From Octopus vulgaris (taxonomy: Eukaryota), in assembly GCA_951406725.2 (NCBI GenBank), contig OX597820.1, positions 7,130,001-7,194,000 of the forward strand: a stretch of 64,000 bases of DNA, given 5' to 3'. Below are positions 56,500 to 64,000 of this stretch, one piece after another; within the stretch, counting starts at the first letter, position 1, and every line of letters begins with the position of its first letter. The position numbers and the translations under genes are program-made. A model generated the notes under the pieces. The model saw only the letters and a list, made by a program, of their open reading frames with translations. It did no database searches and had not been told where the DNA came from.

Positions 56500-57500
56500 T
56501 GGTAGTAACGGAAAGCACTCAATCACGATTTGTGGTCATCAAGTTTCCGATTTTCAACGCCATTTATTGAGTGTCGGTTGTAGGATTACATTAGGAATAT
56601 AGAAGTTGTTTAAAACGAAATTTCTTCTATATCGACAGCTAGAAAATATCTCTGATCTTAGATTAAGCGATATTGTTGGTCGATATATTTTCATATCAGC
56701 AATTTTTCAATGACACATAACCTGCAGTTGCGAGAATCATTGAGGTAGGGTGTAACTTTGCCGGCAAAGTTTCGTGTAATTCGAAAGTGTTCAGGTCTAT
56801 GTCACCTGAGACTGCGGACAAATGAAAACAAGAAATTGGCGTTTTCCGTATGATAAAAACCGAACAGAAACAGATGTTTGTCATATAACAGTGAAATGTG
56901 TTCGAGGTAAAGTTTATTTTTTTAATGTTCACTATGTATTACTGTTGTATTTATTTACTCTACTTGTATATATGAGGATTTCTACTGTTATATGTAAGGT
57001 ATTGATTCGACCAGGGGTCTCTTTGCAGTTGTAGAGTGTATAATCACTTGCAGTGTGTCATTTAACAATAACAGATGCAGCTGACCTTAAAGTTAGCGAT
57101 GTTAAAACTTTTTGTTGTATATATGCATCAGCGGAAAATGTTATAGCATACTTGTTATATGTTCAAGTTTATTGGTGGTTTAAACCAAGTTACCTTTTTG
57201 CTCTTAGATCTGCTATAGTGTTTGAATGGTGCGTACACGTTGTGTACTACTTATTCCCTAAGTCTGTTTGGAACTATTCTTTCGATAATTCTGTAAAAGT
57301 TATATGTCAGAGGACAACGAGAAATTTCTTTAGTGATACTCAGAATATATGTGCAGGCATAAGGAGTTCATGTGTGAATGTTTGAAGAGGTAGGGTTAAC
57401 ATATGTTACAATGTAAGGTTTTGCACAAACTCTAGTCGGTAACAATAGTTATATTCAAATCAACGTCTTTTGCAAATGTAGTTTAAATTCTATTAAATCT
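56500..57500 (-). pseudogene. Decayed Penelope-like element (RT thumb, linker, GIY-YIG) with hammerhead remnant at 56509-56549
   Basis: Reverse strand KKVTWFKPP (cf. IIWFNPP), YVNPTSS, YNCKETP; cggaaa-cTTGATGA-ccac..gtg...tttccg. Confidence 0.6.
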
Positions 57501-57558
57501 TTCTACTTCAATGCGTAGCATTGTGAGGTTACACTTATACGAGATTCGTAAGAAGTCA

Positions 57559-58400
<842 letters not shown>

Positions 58401-58420
58401 TATATAAAATATATATATAT

Positions 58421-58477
<57 letters not shown>

Positions 58478-58480
<3 letters not shown>

Positions 58481-58660
58481 CCAAACACGAACAAAGAGAA
58501 AACGCAACAACGCGACGACGTGGAACAAGTATAGTGTTATTGGACGCTCAGGAAAGGAAAGAAAGAAGGAGGAGTTAACGTTTTGAGCGGAGCACTTCGT
58601 CTGAAACAGAAAAGGAGAGGTCCAAGGAAGGGAAGACGGAGAAAGAAAGTCGCCAATGAT
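58478..58660 (-). mobile_element. Family B element, hammerhead core mutated (CAGACGA...AAAAC)
   Basis: Homologous to 47400-47595. Confidence 0.72.
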
Positions 58661-58679
58661 ACACACACACACAAACACA

Positions 58680-58747
<68 letters not shown>

Positions 58748-58917
58748 AAGAGATAGATAGGTAGATATAGCAATATATAGCATATATGAGTGTGTGTGTA
58801 ATTGAGTACGTTTGTTAAAATTGGTGATCAGTACACACTTTCGCGTTTATAGTGTATACATTTTCACAGGCGCGCTCACGCAATCACACTGCCGTACAAA
58901 CGCACACATACATACAC

Positions 58918-58968
<51 letters not shown>

Positions 58969-59896
58969 TGGATTTGTATATATGTATGTAGGCTTGCATA
59001 CAACCATATATATAAATCCGCAGAAAAGAAATGAGTTGCAAAAATCAAATTGTGTAGATAAAGGTAGTGTGGGAGCCTCTTTTGGTGTGTGAAAGAGAGA
59101 GAGAGAGAGAGAGAAAGAGACATTGAGCCAAGGCCCAGAGCACAACATCATAAGAACAAAATGAAGTTTAAGACCTTATCACAATGTCAAGGATGTGATT
59201 GTGTAATCTGGAAACGGAAAAATCTAGAAGCTTACCAAGACACCAGAAATAAAATGCAACAAAAAAAAAAAGATATTATCAAAGACACACATTGATGTAT
59301 GTATGTGTGTATATATATATATATATATAAAACATGTATATATATGCTTATATGTACAAGAATATATATATATATATATATATATAACATGTATATATAT
59401 ATATATGCTTATATGTGCAAATATATCTTTATACATATACATGCATAAACATATATTTCTATATATTTACACACTTGTGTATTTGTATATATATACACAG
59501 TTATATAATCTGTGATAAACACACTAAGACACATAGACACTGACAATTACACGCACACAATTTTGGCAGTATGGCGTTTATTGGTTGCTTTGTAAAGATG
59601 GCAAAACGTTAACGATTTCGATAACCGAGAGAGGCGATTAAGCAATTTCCTTAAGGTTATGCAAGGTTGTAGCGATTTTCTTTTCTTTTTTTCTGTTTCT
59701 CCTTTTAGGGGAACAGCAAGACAAAGGGGTTGGGTGGTAGGTTAAATAAGAACAACACCGTTCTCTTGTGGAGTTAATATGTTGTTAGTGAAATATATAT
59801 CGGGTGGTCGACTTTAATTTGTCATTTTGTTGTTCCCTCCATTCTTCTAATTCTCTCTCTCTTTGTCGGTCTATTTTTCCCCTCTCCCTTTCTTTT

Positions 59897-59942
<46 letters not shown>

Positions 59943-60630
59943 TACACTCACACACACACATATATATATACACACACATTCACGAAAATGTTTTCATATG
60001 CATATATATATATATATATATATATATGCATATGAAAACCTTTGAGTATGTGTGGTCATATATATATATATATATTTGTATATATACATACATAAATGCA
60101 TATATGCATGCATATATGACTGCGTGCTTATATATATATATAGATATAGATATATCTATATATATATATATGTATGTATATTTATGTTGGCGCATATGAT
60201 TCTGTCCGTGTTTCTCAGGTTTAACACTCACTACCTAACAACTTCTCTTTCTCTTTCTCTCTCTCCCTCCTTCCCTCTCTTTCTGTCTTTCGAACTATTT
60301 CCTTCCGTTCCACCTTTACCCCTTCTCTCTCTCTCTCTCTCTCTTCCCTTTAATCTCACTGATCCTTTACTCTCTCCCTTCCTCTGTCAATTTTTTCTAT
60401 CTATCTACCCTTACTCTCTCTCTCTCTGTGTCTCCCTATCTATCCATTTATCCATCCATCTATCTATCTCACCCTATCCATCACACAACAATACACAGGT
60501 CCTGCTTCCCTCAAGCAAATTCCCGCTTATCTCCACAAACCGTCTTTCTCGTCACTAAACAACTTATCACATCTTATTTACTTCGGATTTTCTGCTTTTA
60601 TATTCGTATTATTTTCCTTTTAGACACGCA

Positions 60631-60707
<77 letters not shown>

Positions 60708-61229
60708 TTCCCGGAAGAAACTTGTCTCTTTTTTATCCGTTTTCGTTACTGATTTCATTCTTGTTTTATAATTCTTTACTTATTCCATGATTTCTCTTTG
60801 CAGTATTTTGCAGTGGATTCCTATTTTGGCACAAGGCCATCCCTATGACGGGCGAGGTGTTGGTCACTTATTTACACCCCCTGAACATGACTGGTACTTT
60901 CCTTTCATCGACCTCGATGTAAAATCAAAAGCCATTCGGGGAATAGCAAAAGAAATGTTATGATTTGGTAGAATCGGTACAGCGGCGGAGATGCGGCACA
61001 AAATGTTGTTCTTGCAGTTGATGTTTATTTTGAATTCAATTTTCAACGAGATTGGCTTTCTTTTCACCAACAGGATCGATAAAACAACCGCCCAGTCAAA
61101 TAAATGGATCGAATATAATCAGTGTTAAACATCGCCCTCCAACGACATGCTCTTTCACTTATGCTTTAAATCGGTAGAGCGTCAGAAATAGGCCTCACAT
61201 TCTGCATCCAGATTTGGTTGGGAGCTAAC

Positions 61230-61520
61230 TGTATCTTTCATGGCTCCGAAATCGATAAAGTACGGTACCAATCAAATAGCGAAGTTGATAGAATCGTCGA
61301 ATTCCTACCCTCATAATTACTCGTCTTGTGCCGAAATCATCATCATCGCCGCCATCATCACCATTATCATCATCTTTATTACTACTATTATTGTTGTTGT
61401 TGTTGTTCTTCTTCTTTTTGATGTTGTTGTTGTTGCTGTTGTTGTTGTTGTTAAGGCGGCGAGCTGGTAGAATCGTTTGCACACCGGGAAAGAATGCTTA
61501 GCGGCATCTTATGGTCTTCG
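61230..61520. mobile_element. S1 fragments (61230-61335 minus strand; 61453-61520 plus-strand head)
   Basis: aaggcggcgagctggtagaatcgtttgcacaccggg. Confidence 0.65.
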
Positions 61521-61557
61521 CCAAAAAACGAGAAAATGTATAAAAATATTGTAGGAA

Positions 61558-62250
61558 CACTACCACCACCACCACCACCACCACAACCAGCACAACCACG
61601 AATACCACTACTTCTACCACAACTACTGCTACATATAACTAATAGCACAACCCTTAGCTTCAACATCACCCCCAGGGCGCCATCACTACTGCCGCCATCA
61701 GCAAAATCTCATCTTGGATAACCTGCTACCCACCATCACAACTACTACTACAAGCAATCAGACAATCACAACCACCAACACACTGCCACCACAACCATAA
61801 CACAGTCATCACGACCAACACTACCTCCTATACTGCCATTATTCGGCATGACAATATCGCAACGACTACACCGCCAACGTCACCACACCTACGACCGTCA
61901 CCGCCTTCATCAACCACCCTCACCAACACTATCACCAACACCACCACCACCACCAACACTATCACCACCACCGCCACCAACACTATCACCACCACCGCCA
62001 CCAACACTATCACCACCACCGCCACCAACCACTATCACCACCACCACCACCGCCACCAACATAACTACCCCTACCACCGTCACCACCACTAAGGAAAACA
62101 GCAATGCTCCCATGATCAACGCACTACAATTACCACACCCACCCTCCACTTCCACTACAATTACCACCACCATCACCACCACCACCACCACCACCACCAC
62201 CACCACTACAACCACCACCTCCGCCACCTCTTCTTCTTCTTCTTCCGCTT
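61558..62250. repeat. (ACC)n-rich tract with 24-bp unit caccaacactatcaccaccaccgc
   Basis: About five units at 61918-62060. Confidence 0.88.
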
Positions 62251-62404
62251 CATACACAATAAACCATAAACAATATACAAAATATTACCGATTAAACATT
62301 CCGACACAAGACGACCATGTTTGTAAAAACAATATTTATTTCACTCACGATTTTTCTCTTTCTCATAAAATTTCATTCCTAATCACAGCGTTCGATTACT
62401 AATG

Positions 62405-62554
62405 CTATTATTATAAATTATCGTTATCGTTATTCAGTATTATCATTATCATTATTTATCATTACGATCAGAATTATTATTATTATCATTGTTATTATTA
62501 TTATTGTTCTTATTATTATCATTACTATTATTATCATTATCATTATCATTATTA

Positions 62555-62606
<52 letters not shown>

Positions 62607-62677
62607 CATTATTATCGTTATTATCATTATTATTATCATTATTATTATTATCATTATTATCATTATTACCATTATTA

Positions 62678-62711
<34 letters not shown>

Positions 62712-62952
62712 CATTATTATTATTATCATTGTTATTATTATTATTGTTCTTATTATTATCATTACTATTATTATCATTGTTATCATTATTACCATCATTA
62801 TTATTATTATCAGTATTATTATTATTATTATTATTATTATCATTATTATTATTATTATCATTATTATCATTATTATCATTATCATTATTATTATCATTAT
62901 TATTATTATTATTATTATTATCATTATTATTATTATTATCATTATTATCATT

Positions 62953-63005
<53 letters not shown>

Positions 63006-63094
63006 CATTATTATTATTATTATCATTATTATCATTATTATCATTATTATTATTATTATCATTATTATCATTATTATCATTATCATTATTATTA

Positions 63095-63147
<53 letters not shown>

Positions 63148-63150
63148 TAT

Positions 63151-63182
<32 letters not shown>
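62405..63182. repeat. Long (ATT)n/(ATC)n array
   Basis: Direct reading. Confidence 0.96.
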
Positions 63183-63371
63183 TCATTATTGTAAGTTTAA
63201 TATTGTTACTATTGTTACTGCTATTGGTGTGTAGCTGTTATACGCGGGGGTTGATATTGTTGTTATATTTGTGTGCGACTGTTCTTGTTTTCTTCTTTTG
63301 TTCTTGTTGTTGTTGCTCTATTTTCGTTGCCCTCCATTTTCGTTATTTTTGTCGGAATATGCAGCATTGAG

Positions 63372-63419
<48 letters not shown>

Positions 63420-63514
63420 ACAGACACACGCATACATATGCTGTATAAACACATTGAAAACACACACACGAAAAGTTTACACACACACGTTTTTTTTCTT
63501 GTGTGCATATGTAA

Positions 63515-63551
<37 letters not shown>

Positions 63552-64000
63552 CGCATTTTATAGATATATGTATAACGAATCATGTAATTATACACATGTA
63601 TATAAGCGTGTATGATTTAATGCGTGCGAGGAATAATCCCTCCATTATATCATTCTTATGAATATCCTTGGATGCATGTATTTGTGTGTTTGTGTGTGCG
63701 TGTATGAATTACGTGGAACAAAAGCAGCACTATAATTAAATGGTGTGTTAATAATATTATCCAGGATATCTTAACCGTAGCTTCACGCCCTAAGATATAG
63801 TCGAATACAGCCCATCCATTTCTAAACGCCTATACTGAAGGTTTGAGAATTTCGGAAGGCATTCACCGCCAAAACCAACTCTGACGAAATATTTCACAGG
63901 CGGGAGGAATCTTTCACTAAATAAGGATATGGTTAGAAAGCAGTTTAGTCTCACGGACTGGACGAAATAGACTTAAAGATATACTGAGCACATTAAACAG

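Noticed and set aside
61848-62402. 184-aa Pro/Thr-rich mucin- or extensin-like ORF
   Set aside because: Arises from (ACC)n repeats; no signal peptide, splice context or unique domain

Overview
AT-rich eukaryotic non-coding DNA (intergenic or deep intronic), crowded with microsatellites ((TA)n, (CA)n, (TATG)n, (GATA)n, (AAT)n, (GGT)n). The SINE repertoire resembles what I recall from octopus/coleoid cephalopod genomes (inference, not searched). No intact protein-coding gene is supported; nearly all supplied ORFs are microsatellite translations. The window contains three abundant tRNA-head SINE families, several copies with clear target-site duplications, and an old dispersed repeat. It also holds decayed retroelement coding fragments (Penelope-like RT/GIY-YIG, R4/Dong-like RT-REL, possible RTE) and a Tc1 remnant. 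The most striking signal is a set of short non-coding elements from at least five distinct sequence families, inserted in (TA)n tracts. They carry type I hammerhead ribozyme folds and usually an inverted copy of their own end. Two of the folds are complete by eye (52065-52122, present on both strands of a palindrome; 58022-58112). These look like non-autonomous Penelope-pLTR-derived, retrozyme-like, microsatellite-targeting elements. One weak candidate terminal coding exon lies at 31076-31191 (-). All structures were folded and translated by eye, so boundaries are approximate.
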